Shown: positions 1 through 10,362, counted from the first letter of the stretch. The stretch: DNA of 64,000 nt from Aureliella sp. (GCA_963691875.1 OY829846.1:4192001-4256000), one strand, 5' to 3'. Translations and numbers: made by a program. The notes: a model not told the origin generated them from the letters alone.

Positions 1-276
1 GCCCTGTTTCACAAAGGAACCCTCGCGCAAGCCCGGTTTTACCCAGTCAACGATTCCTTTCGCAGCGCTCTTCACCGCTTGAGGTCGCTGTTGTGGATCA
101 AGAGCCACCACGATGCCAGTCCCGGATGCAGTTTGCTGCCAAGGCAGAAAGACCATCCCTACGAGGCAGAGAAGGAACAGAACCAATGTCACTCGACCGG
201 CGATACGCACCATGCGAGTGGTTCGTACGAGCTGCAAGGCTGGAAAGTCTGACCAAGTTTTTTGAATGGCATTCAT
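1..276 (-). CDS. HlyD-family secretion membrane fusion protein (5' part; runs off window start)
   Basis: Not in the ORF track. Manual translation from ATG 276 gives MNAIQKTWSDFPALQLVRTTRMVRIAGRVTLVLFLLCLVGMVFLPWQQTASGTGIVVALDPQQRPQAVKSAAKGIVDWVKPGLREGSFVKQG: one TM helix then a lipoyl-like half motif. ATGA overlap with the ABC gene stop. Confidence 0.85.
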   Translation of the reverse strand, partial: MNAIQKTWSDFPALQLVRTTRMVRIAGRVTLVLFLLCLVGMVFLPWQQTASGTGIVVALDPQQRPQAVKSAAKGIVDWVKPGLREGSFVKQG

Positions 277-2387
277 GACGAGAGCTCTAGCTGAGCGGGA
301 AGGCTATCAAGCAAATATTTGTTCTTCGAGGCGACGACCACGGTTGTAGCGGGCAGTTCTAGCAATCGACCAACAGTGTCTTTCTGATCTTCTTCAGAGA
401 GTTCGTCCAGCGCACCCGAAACGAGCAGAAGCCCAGGTTGTCCGGCCAGTGCTCGCGCGAGCATCAGCTTTGCAATTTGAGATCGGCTGAAAGGCGAGCC
501 GCCTGTTTGAAGTGTCGTGTCGAGTCCGTCTTCGAGTCGAGAGATTGTGTCCCATAAGCCCACTAGTTCGAGGACTTCGCGGATCCGCTCACGTCCGACG
601 CCGAGACGGCCCATGGAGACGTTGTCGTGGATGCTCCCGTAAAACACCTCGGCCTGAGCTGCCCAGCCCACCGCAGTACCTTGCGATCCAAGGACTAGCT
701 CGGGTGCTTCTATGCCGTCTACTTCAACATGTCCTGCTTGAGGTGATCTCAGGCCCGCGATGGCTTCCAGGAGCTCACCCGCTGAGCCGTTGTCCAGCAA
801 GCCAACCTTTGCACCGGCATCGATGGCATTTGCACGAACCGTTCCGCCTTTGGAATTCAGACGTAGGTCGTCCCAGCCGACAGTCAGCGCCTTGCCTGAG
901 GCCACTGAGACATAGGCATGAGGATCGACGGGGATGTCTAGAAGTTGGCCGACTTTCTCGATACCTGCCATCAGATCGTAGTACTTTTCAAGCGATTTGC
1001 CGGCTTTTGAGAAGGCGCCGACAACGACTGCCACAACAAGCTCACTAGCGACCAGTTGTCCGAGAGTGAGCTGTCCTTGGATGACCAGATATCCTCCTAA
1101 GCCAAGTAGGACCGTGGATGCCACAACTTGAAGGCCAATAGCGAAAATGACTTGTCGCAGAACGACTTGAAACTGTTGCTTTCGTGCGTGCACGTAGTCG
1201 GCGGCGAGAACGTTTGCTCGATCGACCGAGAACGCTCGTCCGCCGTTGGCGCGAAAGGCACCAGGAGAATCCAATACGTCTTGAAGCCAGTGCACGATTC
1301 GGTACTTGGTTTTGGATTCCCGAATGGCCGTCCGGACACCGCCCCTTCCGAGCAAAAAGGTAACAACTGTCATGCACAAAAGAAGCACTAAGTCGAATCC
1401 GAGCAGGAAGGGATGGTAGAAGGCGAGCAGCAGCATCCCGAGAAAGGCTGTCAGGACAATGGAAACGCCATCCATTAGCAAAATAGCAGTTGCCTTCTGA
1501 ATGGTCATTACGTCGAAGACGCGATTTGCGAGTTCTCTCGGGTACTTGGATTCGAAATAATCGCGCTGAGCAACAAGAAAGCGGTGAGCAAGGTCACTGA
1601 CGATTCGGACCAGTTGCCGTCTCTGGATGATTTCCACGACGATCGTTTGAAGTACGGTGAGTGCCGCTGATATCCCAAGGCTGATCAGAAGAATCAGTGC
1701 CAATACAAGCAATGGCTGGAGGTAGATACCCCAGCTAACTACATTCACTAAGGACTCCACCGCCAGAGGCGTAGCGAGTCCGAGAGCTCCGGCGATGAGG
1801 CCGAAGAGGCTGACCGTGAAAATGTCTCTCGCATCCAAGCGGAGCAGTTGGAAGAATCTACGACCGGGTGTTAGAGCCTTAGTCTTGCCAGTCCGCTCGT
1901 TTCCATGCATCGGTGCTTGCGAGAGAGCGTCGCATTCGAGTTCCCGCCGCACGACAAAGTACCGCGCGTCAGAAACTTTTCGCAGCCTGGATGCCCACTT
2001 GCGGGCTGACATGCGCTCGGTAAGTCCAAGGCCTTCTTCGTTGATGTGTTGAAGTTCGAGCCGATCTAATCCCGGCGTGCGAGCGAGTATCAGAAACTCG
2101 TCTTCGTCCCATTGGACTAGGACTGGCAAGCCTTCCTCAGCAAGTTCCCAGAGCGTATCGGTTTCTTCGCTACTGGCTTCGCCCAGGGTGAGGCCTACCT
2201 GTGAGGCGGCGAGTGTTAGAGTGGACCCAACGTCAACTTCGTCCGTCGCGTGCAAGAATCCTAAGTCGAGCTGCGCCCGCTCAATCCGCAGGTCGAGCGG
2301 CAGTGCAGCACGGCTGAGTACGGCATAGACGATGTTTCCTAGCTGATCCGTCGCGGTTTCTGGGCGGTGCATGGCTAATCTCAGCAA
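273..2387 (-). CDS. Peptidase-domain-containing (type I secretion-like) ABC exporter with degenerate nucleotide-binding domain
   Basis: N-terminal C39-like region, six-TM ABC membrane domain (GQLTLGQLVASE), NBD remnant (GLDTTLQTGGSPFSRSQ...LARAL). Walker A, signature and Walker B are non-canonical. Confidence 0.85.
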   Translation of the reverse strand: MLRLAMHRPETATDQLGNIVYAVLSRAALPLDLRIERAQLDLGFLHATDEVDVGSTLTLAASQVGLTLGEASSEETDTLWELAEEGLPVLVQWDEDEFLILARTPGLDRLELQHINEEGLGLTERMSARKWASRLRKVSDARYFVVRRELECDALSQAPMHGNERTGKTKALTPGRRFFQLLRLDARDIFTVSLFGLIAGALGLATPLAVESLVNVVSWGIYLQPLLVLALILLISLGISAALTVLQTIVVEIIQRRQLVRIVSDLAHRFLVAQRDYFESKYPRELANRVFDVMTIQKATAILLMDGVSIVLTAFLGMLLLAFYHPFLLGFDLVLLLCMTVVTFLLGRGGVRTAIRESKTKYRIVHWLQDVLDSPGAFRANGGRAFSVDRANVLAADYVHARKQQFQVVLRQVIFAIGLQVVASTVLLGLGGYLVIQGQLTLGQLVASELVVAVVVGAFSKAGKSLEKYYDLMAGIEKVGQLLDIPVDPHAYVSVASGKALTVGWDDLRLNSKGGTVRANAIDAGAKVGLLDNGSAGELLEAIAGLRSPQAGHVEVDGIEAPELVLGSQGTAVGWAAQAEVFYGSIHDNVSMGRLGVGRERIREVLELVGLWDTISRLEDGLDTTLQTGGSPFSRSQIAKLMLARALAGQPGLLLVSGALDELSEEDQKDTVGRLLELPATTVVVASKNKYLLDSLPAQLELSS

Positions 2388-2457
2388 GTTCCACGTTGTC
2401 TGGTTCCGACGTTCATCTTCTAGAAGCCACGAAGATGATGATGTGAATCATAATACA

Positions 2458-2550
2458 CGAAATGTAATTCGCTAATTGTGGTGCGTCAATCCAGAATGAG
2501 TAGTAATTTTTCGTATAATGCAAAACGTGAATAGTGTTTCGCTAATTGTG
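2458..2550. promoter_or_regulatory. Candidate operator sites in divergent promoter
   Basis: TTCGCTAATTGTG is repeated exactly at 2468-2480 and 2538-2550. The repeats overlap (C/T)GAA-N6-TTCG dyads at 2458-2471 and 2528-2541. AT-rich spacer between divergent ABC and regulator genes. Confidence 0.55.
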
Positions 2551-2680
2551 CTACACTATAGGGGATGTTGAACCCTAGAGCTGCGGGCCTTCGCAGGGCT
2601 TGTTTTACGGCCGCGAAGATGTGCTAGGAGAGGCCTAGGACATAATTCTCGCCTCCTCTCATCACTAGAAAGGCAGCCCA

Positions 2681-3067
2681 ATGCCTAGGAAAGCTGCGGA
2701 AAAGAAGACTAAGACAAGCCAGCCTAAGGTGGCGGTGGCGGTGGCGACGGCGACAGCCGGTGTCAGTCCTGCATCGAGCTCACGCTGGACCTTCCTAACT
2801 AACCATGCCCATGTATTGGCGATGATTCATTCGCATCCTGAAATGGTCCTGCGAGAGATTGCTTTACACGTTGGAATTACGGAGCGTGCAGTGCAGAGAA
2901 TCATTCAGGAGCTGGAGGAGGCGGGCTTTATCCTGCGCGAGAAAGTGGGGCGACGTAACACTTATGAGTTGCAAACCGACGTGCCGCTCCGTCACCCAAT
3001 CGAATCGCACCGCAACATCGGTGATCTCTTGGAACTCGTGAGTGATCGGCCCTCCGAGCTTGGCTAG
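2681..3067 (+). CDS. Winged helix-turn-helix transcriptional regulator (MarR/ArsR-like, WTFLTNH family)
   Basis: [11 protein letters not shown]...[39 protein letters not shown]...PLRHPIE. Confidence 0.9.
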   Translation: MPRKAAEKKTKTSQPKVAVAVATATAGVSPASSSRWTFLTNHAHVLAMIHSHPEMVLREIALHVGITERAVQRIIQELEEAGFILREKVGRRNTYELQTDVPLRHPIESHRNIGDLLELVSDRPSELG

Positions 3068-3143
3068 GCTTGCGAACCGCTTCTCTAGGGTTCATTCTGC
3101 CGCAAATCTCGCCAGCAACTTCTGAAAGAACAATTAGACGAAG

Positions 3144-4850
3144 TTACTGCTGGTCGTTGTTGTCCTGTGCCTTACCTCGCTGAAGGTGCTTCTCCCAGTC
3201 CGCCTCAAAGTCTGCGGGTACTTGATCTACGTCCTTCCGCATGTCGTCAGGGCCTGGATAATCTGCAGGAGGCAAGTCGGTGATCTCCATCGCTTCTGCT
3301 AGGGGATCGAGGGCCAGCGCTGCCTGAAGTTGACTCAAGGCGAAGAACCAGTCCGATTGAGCTTCGACCAATTTGACCTCTGTCTCGAAGGCCTTGGTCT
3401 CAACGATGTTCAAGTAAAGTAGATCTTCGTAGCCTTTGTTGTACGCATACTGATAGCTCCGAAGCGTCGTAATCGCATACTCGACGGCTTGTTTCGATTG
3501 CTCAAGTTGTTGCGCCGCAAATCGGATTGCATTGTCAGCTTCTTGGATCTCGACACCGATCTTGTTGCGTTGCAGTCTTAGTTCTTGATTAATCTGCGCA
3601 ATTTTGGAAGCCGTTGATTGGATCTTTCCTCGCGCCTTGCGCCGTTGGATCGGTAACGAACCTTGGAGCCCAGCCGCGAGTTGAAACTGACCCTTATCGT
3701 TGCTGGAAGAGGCTGGCGTTCCGACGTCTTGTGAGCCTTCGGTGTAGAGGTCAATCGTTGGGAGCAGTTGATTGCGTGCGAGCCGTTGGTCAATCTGCTG
3801 GCTCTGCAAGCTGAGTTGCAGTAAGTTGATTTCAGGACGACGTGACGCGGCCAGTGCCATCTCGCTATCTACGTCTAACGGATCGAGTTGGTAGGTCCTG
3901 GGGAAGTGTTCTGGCAGCCAGCTCTCGGGTGGCAAGCGCGGATTGCCAAACTCGTCGCGGAGGTAAAGTGATAGCTTGAAACCAGCCTGCCGGAATTTTT
4001 GCTCGACTTCCAGCATCTTGTTTCGGCGTTCAGCGAGCAACTGATTGTTTAAGAATACATCAACTTTGGCGAAACGGCCGGCTTCTTGGCCAGCTTGGAA
4101 TTGTTTTGGCGTTTGGCCGCGAGCTCGACCAGTGCACGCTGGATTTGCAGCTTGTTACCTTCCGCGACCCACTTCCAGTAATAGGCACTTGCTTCGAGCG
4201 CCGAGATCAAGATCTCACGTTGGATCTGCGGTTCTACGGCTTGGCGACCAAGACTGGCCTGGAACACTGCTACGCGTCGCGGGTCGATGGCCCGTCCTTG
4301 AAGAAGCGGTATACCAAGCGCGACTTTAAATTCGCCGCCTTCATTGGTTTCGCGCTCTTTGTACCAAGGCTGAAAGTCACCTCGGCCAAGACGATATCCT
4401 GCAGCTAGGTAACCGCCCCACCAAGTTCTTCGAGAGACGCCGAGTCCGTGCCGGAAATTGCGATAGGAAATTGCGATAGAATCCCGTTGGCTCGGAAACC
4501 GTGAAGCCTTCCAACTTTGTGTCGAAGGCTCCCATCGCCGAAACCTGTTCGCCTTGAAGTTCGCTTCGCTGCAAACGCGATTTCTGGACTTTGGGGAAGG
4601 AACTTAGAACACTGGCGATAACGTCTGCCAAAGTCAGATATTCAGCGTCGCCTCCGATCATCAGGTCTTCTGCTGAGTTTTGATAGTTTTGAACTCCTGC
4701 GTCTGCCGGGGGTGTCACTGAAGACGGGTAGGCCGAAGGTGGAGGAGCGATTTCTATGACCTGTGCTTGGACGCCAGCTCCACACAGGCATATGAGTCCC
4801 ACGATCAGGTAGAATTGAATTGCTTGCATAGTCGACGGCTCCGTATACAT
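3144..4850 (-). pseudogene. TolC-family outer membrane efflux protein, two frameshifts
   Basis: Three ORF pieces (4377-4850, 4049-4267, 3144-4040) join into one TolC-like protein (GYRLGRGDFQPWYKERET..., AYYWKWVAEG, RRPEI...LARNQLLP). This requires removing a 13-bp tandem duplication (4453-4478) and adding one base in the run at ~4104-4107. Confidence 0.85.
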
Positions 4851-4968
4851 CGGTTATCGACCGCATCGAGTGGATCCGCCAAGCACGCGAACTGCGAGCC
4901 GAAAGATCGCTCGTCTACCCCAGCTTCCCAGGGCGTAAAGCCACACCAGACCTCTCCAAGAGCCTCCC

Positions 4969-6264
4969 ATGCGAAACTCTATTAAGATTCTCTGCTTTTT
5001 AGTATTAATCTGTCATTTTCAACCCGCGCTGGCACAGCAGGATGGGTTGGAAAATTTGTTCGACGGTAAGACTTTGTCTGGCTGGCACGGAAACAATCCG
5101 CATACAACGGCAAAGGCCAAGACGGATGCCGATCAGGAAGTTTCGCTGAAGAAACAGCAAGCAGAATTCGAGAAGCATTGGAGCGTAGACGGCGCTGAGC
5201 TCGTTAACGATGGCAAGGGGCCGTATGCGACCTCGGATGCAAGTTATGGAGATATTGAGTTCTGGGTTGAATACAAGACAGTTGCCAAGGCTGACAGCGG
5301 CATCTACTTGCGAGGCACACCGCAGGTTCAGATCTGGGACACGACTGAGGCTGGCGGGAAATGGAATCGCAACGCGAACTATGGTTCCGGCGGTCTGTTC
5401 AATAACTCGAAAGGCGCTCCTGGCCAACTGCCGCTTCATCTAGCGGACAAGTCCTTCGGGGAGTGGAATCGTTTTCGTATCGTGCAATTAGGCAGTCGGA
5501 CTTGGGTGGAGCTGAACGACAAGCTGGTCGTTGATGGCGCCGTAATGGAGAATTATTGGAATCGCAAGCTGCCTCTGCCTGCGGAAGGACCGATTCACCT
5601 TCAGACTCACGGTGGCGAGATTCGCTGGAAGAATATCAAAGTGCGAACTATCGAAGCGGAGGAAGCGAATCGCAAGTTGCGTGGAGATGATGTGAAATCA
5701 GGCTTCGAATCGATCTTCAACGGCAAGGATCTAATTGGCTGGTCGGGTGCGGTTGCCGATTACCAAGTCGTGGATGGGACCTTGCAATGCAAACCGGGGA
5801 AGGGCGGAGTGCTGTTCACCAATGAAGAGTATGAGAACTTTGTCGTGCGTCTGGAGTTTAAGTTGCCTCCGGGCGGTAACAATGGTTTGGCAATCCGTTA
5901 TCCTGGCAAAGGCCGTGCGGCCTACGATGGTATGTGTGAGCTTCAAGTACTGGACAGCGAACATCCGAAGTACGCCAAGCTTGATCCCCGTCAGTACCAC
6001 GGATCTGTCTACGGGATTTCCGCGGCGCACCGCGGCTATCTGCGCGAGGCGGGTGAGTGGAACTATCAGGAAGTGACAGTAGAGGGCAGTCATATTCGTG
6101 TGGAACTGAACGGAACAATTATTACAGACGTGGATGTCGCAACCATCAAGGAATACAAGGACAACGCCAAACATCCGGGAGTGTCACTTACGGGCGGTCA
6201 TTTTGGCTTCGCTGGGCACAATGACCCCGTCCAGTTTCGCGACATCGCTATCAAACGGCTTTGA
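4969..6264 (+). CDS. Tandem DUF1080 (3-keto-disaccharide hydrolase family) secreted protein
   Basis: Signal peptide and two repeats of LF(D/N)GK.L.GW...(DSG/NNG)...GEWN...G.I.LQ.H / GFAGH...FR.I. Confidence 0.92.
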   Translation: MRNSIKILCFLVLICHFQPALAQQDGLENLFDGKTLSGWHGNNPHTTAKAKTDADQEVSLKKQQAEFEKHWSVDGAELVNDGKGPYATSDASYGDIEFWVEYKTVAKADSGIYLRGTPQVQIWDTTEAGGKWNRNANYGSGGLFNNSKGAPGQLPLHLADKSFGEWNRFRIVQLGSRTWVELNDKLVVDGAVMENYWNRKLPLPAEGPIHLQTHGGEIRWKNIKVRTIEAEEANRKLRGDDVKSGFESIFNGKDLIGWSGAVADYQVVDGTLQCKPGKGGVLFTNEEYENFVVRLEFKLPPGGNNGLAIRYPGKGRAAYDGMCELQVLDSEHPKYAKLDPRQYHGSVYGISAAHRGYLREAGEWNYQEVTVEGSHIRVELNGTIITDVDVATIKEYKDNAKHPGVSLTGGHFGFAGHNDPVQFRDIAIKRL

Positions 6265-6305
6265 CACCGGCCGCAAGAATGCTGTTGCGATTTCAGACAT
6301 TCATG

Positions 6306-6380
6306 ATTCATAACCCGACGCTTCAGCGAGCCGGCGACGCTTTAATTTAGCTTTTCTCGCTCACGTTTCGGGTTGTGAAT
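6306..6380. repeat. REP-like imperfect palindrome, family A copy 1
   Basis: Arms ATTCATAACCCGACGCTTCAGCGAG (6306-6330) and CTCGCTCACGTTTCGGGTTGTGAAT (6356-6380), 20/25 complementary. Related sequence at 25716-25766. Confidence 0.75.
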
Positions 6381-6513
6381 AGCCATGCGTTCATGCGACT
6401 GCTTGTAGCTTTTCGCCCCCTAGAAGGTTAGATTAGGAGACCACAAGTGCGCTCTAGCAGCATCTTCTTCACACCCTTCCCCAACTTGCCCGCCATTTTC
6501 AGGAGTCTATCCG

Positions 6514-8007
6514 ATGACTACTCGTAATTCTGATTCGAGAAAACGTAGTTCGCGTCGTACGTTCTTGGCGACAACAGGAGCTGTCGCAGGAACCAGTATG
6601 CTGGCGAGTCCACTTTCAAGTTCCAAAGCGTACGGAGCCAATGATCGACTGAGAATCGCGGTTGCTGGTCTAAATGGCAGAGGCGGAAATCATATCGACG
6701 GATGGCTCCGTCAAAACAACGTAGAGATCGCATGGCTCATCGACCCAGACGAAAGAGTTCTGGCAAATCGGATCAAGCAAGTGCGCGAAAAATCTGGTGG
6801 CAAGTCAAATCCAAAGGGAACCACCGATGTTCGCGAAGCGCTTGAAGACAAATCTTTCGACGCGATTTCCGTTGCAACGCCCAATCACTGGCATTCGCTC
6901 ATTACGATCTGGGCCGCGCAGGCTGGCAAGCACGTCTATGTTGAAAAGCCGATGAGTCACGACGTGGAAGAAGGTCGTATCTGCGTTGAAGCGCAGAAAA
7001 AATACGGTGTCGTGATTCAGCACGGAACACAGAGACGCAGCGGAGCGTCTTATGCCGGGCTGGCGAAGATGATTCACGACGGTAAGTTTGGCCGGCTCAA
7101 GATATCATATGGCTACTGCTGCAAGCCGCGGGGATCGATCGGGATCAAGAAAACCGGCTCAGCTCCATCAAATTTGGATTGGGATCTTTGGCGGGGGCCA
7201 GCGGATATCGATCAGTTTCATGCGAACTACGTACACTACAACTGGCACTGGTTCTGGAAGACGGGCAATGGTGACTTAAATAATCAGGGTACGCATCAGT
7301 TGGATGTCGCACGCTGGGCCATTGATCCCGATCAAACGCATCCGGTTCGAGCCATGGCGCTCGGTGGTCGTTTTCAGTGGGGAGATCAAGGCGAGACACC
7401 GAATACGATGTTTGGGATGGCAGAGTATCCAAATGGTCAGATGGTCTTCTTCAACGTTCGCAACGTGGGCTATAAAGGCTATCAGCGCCAAGTTATGAAC
7501 GAGTACTACTTCGAAGACGGTGGCCGGATCGTAGAAGGTGGTGGTTACACCTACTATCCAGCAGGATCGGACAAGGGTGAAAAAATCAAGATCGAAGACG
7601 GCTCCGAATTGGTGACTCCAGGTGGAAACTGGGGCAGCTTTGTCGAGGCTTGTCGTGCTGGTGATCCGTCGATGGCTAATGGGAATGTATATGACGCGCA
7701 TTACGGTTGCGTGCTTGGCCACTTAATGAACAATTCTTATCGCCTTGGTAAGCCAGCTGCGTTTAGTAAGCAGACGGGGCAGTTTGCTGACAATCCAGAT
7801 GCCACAGAGCATTTCGAAAAGCTGCACGATGTGATGAGCAAAGGAGTTGGCATTCCTCAGGAGGGCAACCAGTATGTCGTCGGACCAACCTTGACCTTTG
7901 ATCCTGAGTCAGAGAAGCACACCGGCGATCATGCTCAAGCAGCGAACACGCTACTCAAAGATGCAAACCGCTCCGGCTTCCAGATTCCTAATCGTGAGAC
8001 TGTTTAG
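6514..8007 (+). CDS. Gfo/Idh/MocA family oxidoreductase with Tat signal
   Basis: SRRTFL Tat motif; IAVAGLNGRG; ATPNHWH; GKHVYVEKP; GTQRRS; NQGTHQLD. Confidence 0.93.
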   Translation: MTTRNSDSRKRSSRRTFLATTGAVAGTSMLASPLSSSKAYGANDRLRIAVAGLNGRGGNHIDGWLRQNNVEIAWLIDPDERVLANRIKQVREKSGGKSNPKGTTDVREALEDKSFDAISVATPNHWHSLITIWAAQAGKHVYVEKPMSHDVEEGRICVEAQKKYGVVIQHGTQRRSGASYAGLAKMIHDGKFGRLKISYGYCCKPRGSIGIKKTGSAPSNLDWDLWRGPADIDQFHANYVHYNWHWFWKTGNGDLNNQGTHQLDVARWAIDPDQTHPVRAMALGGRFQWGDQGETPNTMFGMAEYPNGQMVFFNVRNVGYKGYQRQVMNEYYFEDGGRIVEGGGYTYYPAGSDKGEKIKIEDGSELVTPGGNWGSFVEACRAGDPSMANGNVYDAHYGCVLGHLMNNSYRLGKPAAFSKQTGQFADNPDATEHFEKLHDVMSKGVGIPQEGNQYVVGPTLTFDPESEKHTGDHAQAANTLLKDANRSGFQIPNRETV

Positions 8008-8100
8008 GTCAGAATCTGCCAGCTCAAGTTCGCTTTCAAGCAGTATTCCCTTACGTGAAAAACACTCCATTGGTAGAAGCTCTTCTGCCGATCGCCTTAG
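8005..8100 (+). repeat. Dispersed ~105-bp element (family C) copy 1, 5'-truncated
   Basis: GTCAGAATCTGCCAG...CAAGCAGTATTCC...GCTCTTCTGCCGATCGCCT aligns with 44673-44776 and 51185-51289. Confidence 0.85.
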
Positions 8101-8164
8101 CCCCGACGCTTGAGCGTGGTGCTCGCCAATCATCTAACCATTATCCTCTCCTTGGAACTGTTTT

Positions 8165-9145
8165 ATGAACCGTAGAGTTTTTCTGTCGCTTGGTCTTCTG
8201 TCCTGCATCATTGCTGGTTGTGGAGGTGAGTCCGGCAGCAAGTCAGATAGTGATACGCTGACGATCGCGGTTATTCCTAAAGGCACAAGTCACGAGTTCT
8301 GGAAATCGGTTCACTTTGGTGCTGAGAAAGCAGCCGAGGAGTGTGGCAATGTCAAGATTGTCTGGAAGGGTCCCGTAGTGGAGAGTGACACAGGAAGCCA
8401 GATTCAGGTGGTCAAAGAGATGGTCTCCAGAGGCGTCGACGGGATCGCGCTTGCACCCAATCAAAAAGAAGGGTTGGTTGATGCGGTTACTGAATCGATT
8501 GAAGCCGAGATTCCTGTCGTGATTTTTGACTCAGGCCTCAATGAAGGCCCAGAGATCGTTAGCTACGTCGCAACGGATAACTTCAAAGGTGGTCAAATGG
8601 CTGCCGAGGCGATGGCTAGGGCTATCGGCGAGAAAGGAAACGTGATTCTGTTGCGTTATCTGGCTGGGAGTGAGAGCACCGAGCAGCGGGAAGAAGGATT
8701 CTTAGAAGCCCTTCAGAAGTATCCAGACATTAAGGTCGTTTCCTCAGACCAACGAGGTGGAGATAACACCACTTCGGCGAAAGAAAAGGTCGATCAATTG
8801 TTGCAATTGCACGGCAAGGACTTAGCGGGGATTTTTGCGGTCTGTGAACCGAACGCGAATGGAACGCTGGAATCACTACGCAATGCTGGGTTGGATGGAA
8901 AAGTAAAGTTTATTGCTTTCGATCCAAGCGATGCTTTGATTGAGGGGTTAGAGGATGGTTCTTGCTCAGGAATCGTTCTGCAAGATCCGGTGGAGATGGG
9001 CTATCGTTCCGTCCTAACCATTGTCGATTCGATCAAAGGCAAGAATGCTGAAGCGTTTATTTCGACCGGAGAGTATTGCGCGACACCCGAGAACATGGGC
9101 GAAGATCGGATGAAAGAGTTGCTCAAGCCGCAAATCACTAATTAG
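8165..9145 (+). CDS. Sugar ABC transporter substrate-binding lipoprotein (RbsB-like, Peripla_BP_4)
   Basis: Lipobox IAGC; IAVIPKGTSHEFW; IPVVIFDS; VATDNFKGG; QDPVEMGY. No permease or ATPase gene adjacent. Confidence 0.9.
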   Translation: MNRRVFLSLGLLSCIIAGCGGESGSKSDSDTLTIAVIPKGTSHEFWKSVHFGAEKAAEECGNVKIVWKGPVVESDTGSQIQVVKEMVSRGVDGIALAPNQKEGLVDAVTESIEAEIPVVIFDSGLNEGPEIVSYVATDNFKGGQMAAEAMARAIGEKGNVILLRYLAGSESTEQREEGFLEALQKYPDIKVVSSDQRGGDNTTSAKEKVDQLLQLHGKDLAGIFAVCEPNANGTLESLRNAGLDGKVKFIAFDPSDALIEGLEDGSCSGIVLQDPVEMGYRSVLTIVDSIKGKNAEAFISTGEYCATPENMGEDRMKELLKPQITN

Positions 9146-9186
9146 ATAGAGTCGTATTTCCGTTTTCACTCAGCGCCAATTTTCCC

Positions 9187-9220
9187 TAGTTGATTATCCT
9201 GTTGTTAGATAATCGATAGG
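9187..9220. terminator. Possible bidirectional hairpin between convergent genes
   Basis: CTAGTTGATTATC-N9-GATAATCGATAG imperfect inverted repeat downstream of the SBP gene. Confidence 0.35.
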
Positions 9221-9339
9221 CGAATTACAGGAACTGCGTTGAATTCCCTACTCTCAATACCCCTCAAGCAAACCGTACAAGCTTCACGCGCTTAGATGAG
9301 CTCCTTGTATCGCTTACCTTGGTCGTGCTGATCTGTCGG

Positions 9340-10362
9340 TCAGCATGGGACTTGGTTTCCGCCAGCGTCTTGGATTCTGCGGAGGACTTTTGTCCAGCCG
9401 AATTGTTTTGTGAGCTGCAGAGCAGTCGTACCGTTGGGCGAGACTGTGTTTGTATTGGCACCAAACGGAAGGCACACGTCGACTCCATCGTACGAGCTGC
9501 TTTTAGCTAATTTATGCAGCAAAGTAAAATTCGCTTTCATCGACGGCGGTTAAAGAGCTTTAATCCTCTTGGAGTTGTTCGACCAGCGATTCTCGCATGT
9601 TGATTGACATCGGATGTTCTAATTCACTAACTTGGTTGAAAGGGCCGTGTACGAATAGGCAGTCGAGTTCAGGTAAGGGAGAACGTTTGGATTTTATCTC
9701 TTCAGGCAAGTAACTCTGAGGAACGAGTCGGATTCCACCGGGCACACCGAAGTCCATGCCCCAGGCGTCATCGTGAGCTTTGAGTTCCTTCTTATCCATT
9801 CCAAGACGCAGCATCTGGACGGCAAACCCACCGCAAACTTTACCCATCACGGTGTATGCCCAGTCCACCATTTGTTTTGCAGGTACGGAAACCTCGTCGC
9901 CTTCATTATAGGACTTCAGTGAGTCTGGCTGATTGAGTTGCACGCCGCGAATCTGCTGCCCATCAAATTCCACTTCCGACACCCACATGTATTCTCGCCC
10001 AAGATCGTTCGGGTGAATGCTACGCAATTCAGGTGGATCCGAGAACGCAATCTTCACGGCGGCGAAATAAAGCCGGGGATGATGCGTCTTTGCTCCCAGG
10101 CCAGTTCTCGAAGGAAGAATCGAAAAGTCTTGCGGACTTAGGCAGCAGCTTTGGGCAACCTGTCGTCATCGCCGGGAATAAGCAGTACTCGATCTTCCGA
10201 AACGCCTGGACCACGACTCTTCTTGCCCTCTTGCAAGAAGAAGACAACAGGTGCGGACGGATTTCCGGAACTTGCAATTCCAGTATCGAGGCTGTGCCAA
10301 AATTCTTTTACGATGCTTCGGAGTGTGTGTTTTAATGTCTCGGAAGTTCGTGGTTGCGGCAC
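9340..10362 (-). pseudogene. DUF2314 (YegJ-like) + ankyrin-repeat protein, disrupted
   Basis: Pieces join as ...IPGDDDRLPKAAA*VRKTFRFFLRELAWEQRRIIPG/FAAVKIAF...EYMWVSEVEFDG...HDDAWGMDFG...EHPMSINM...*.../FTLLHKLA...GANTNTVSPNGTTALQL (ankyrin). Stops at 10138-10140 and 9560-9562, frameshifts at ~10070 and ~9535. May extend to ~10597. Confidence 0.7.
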
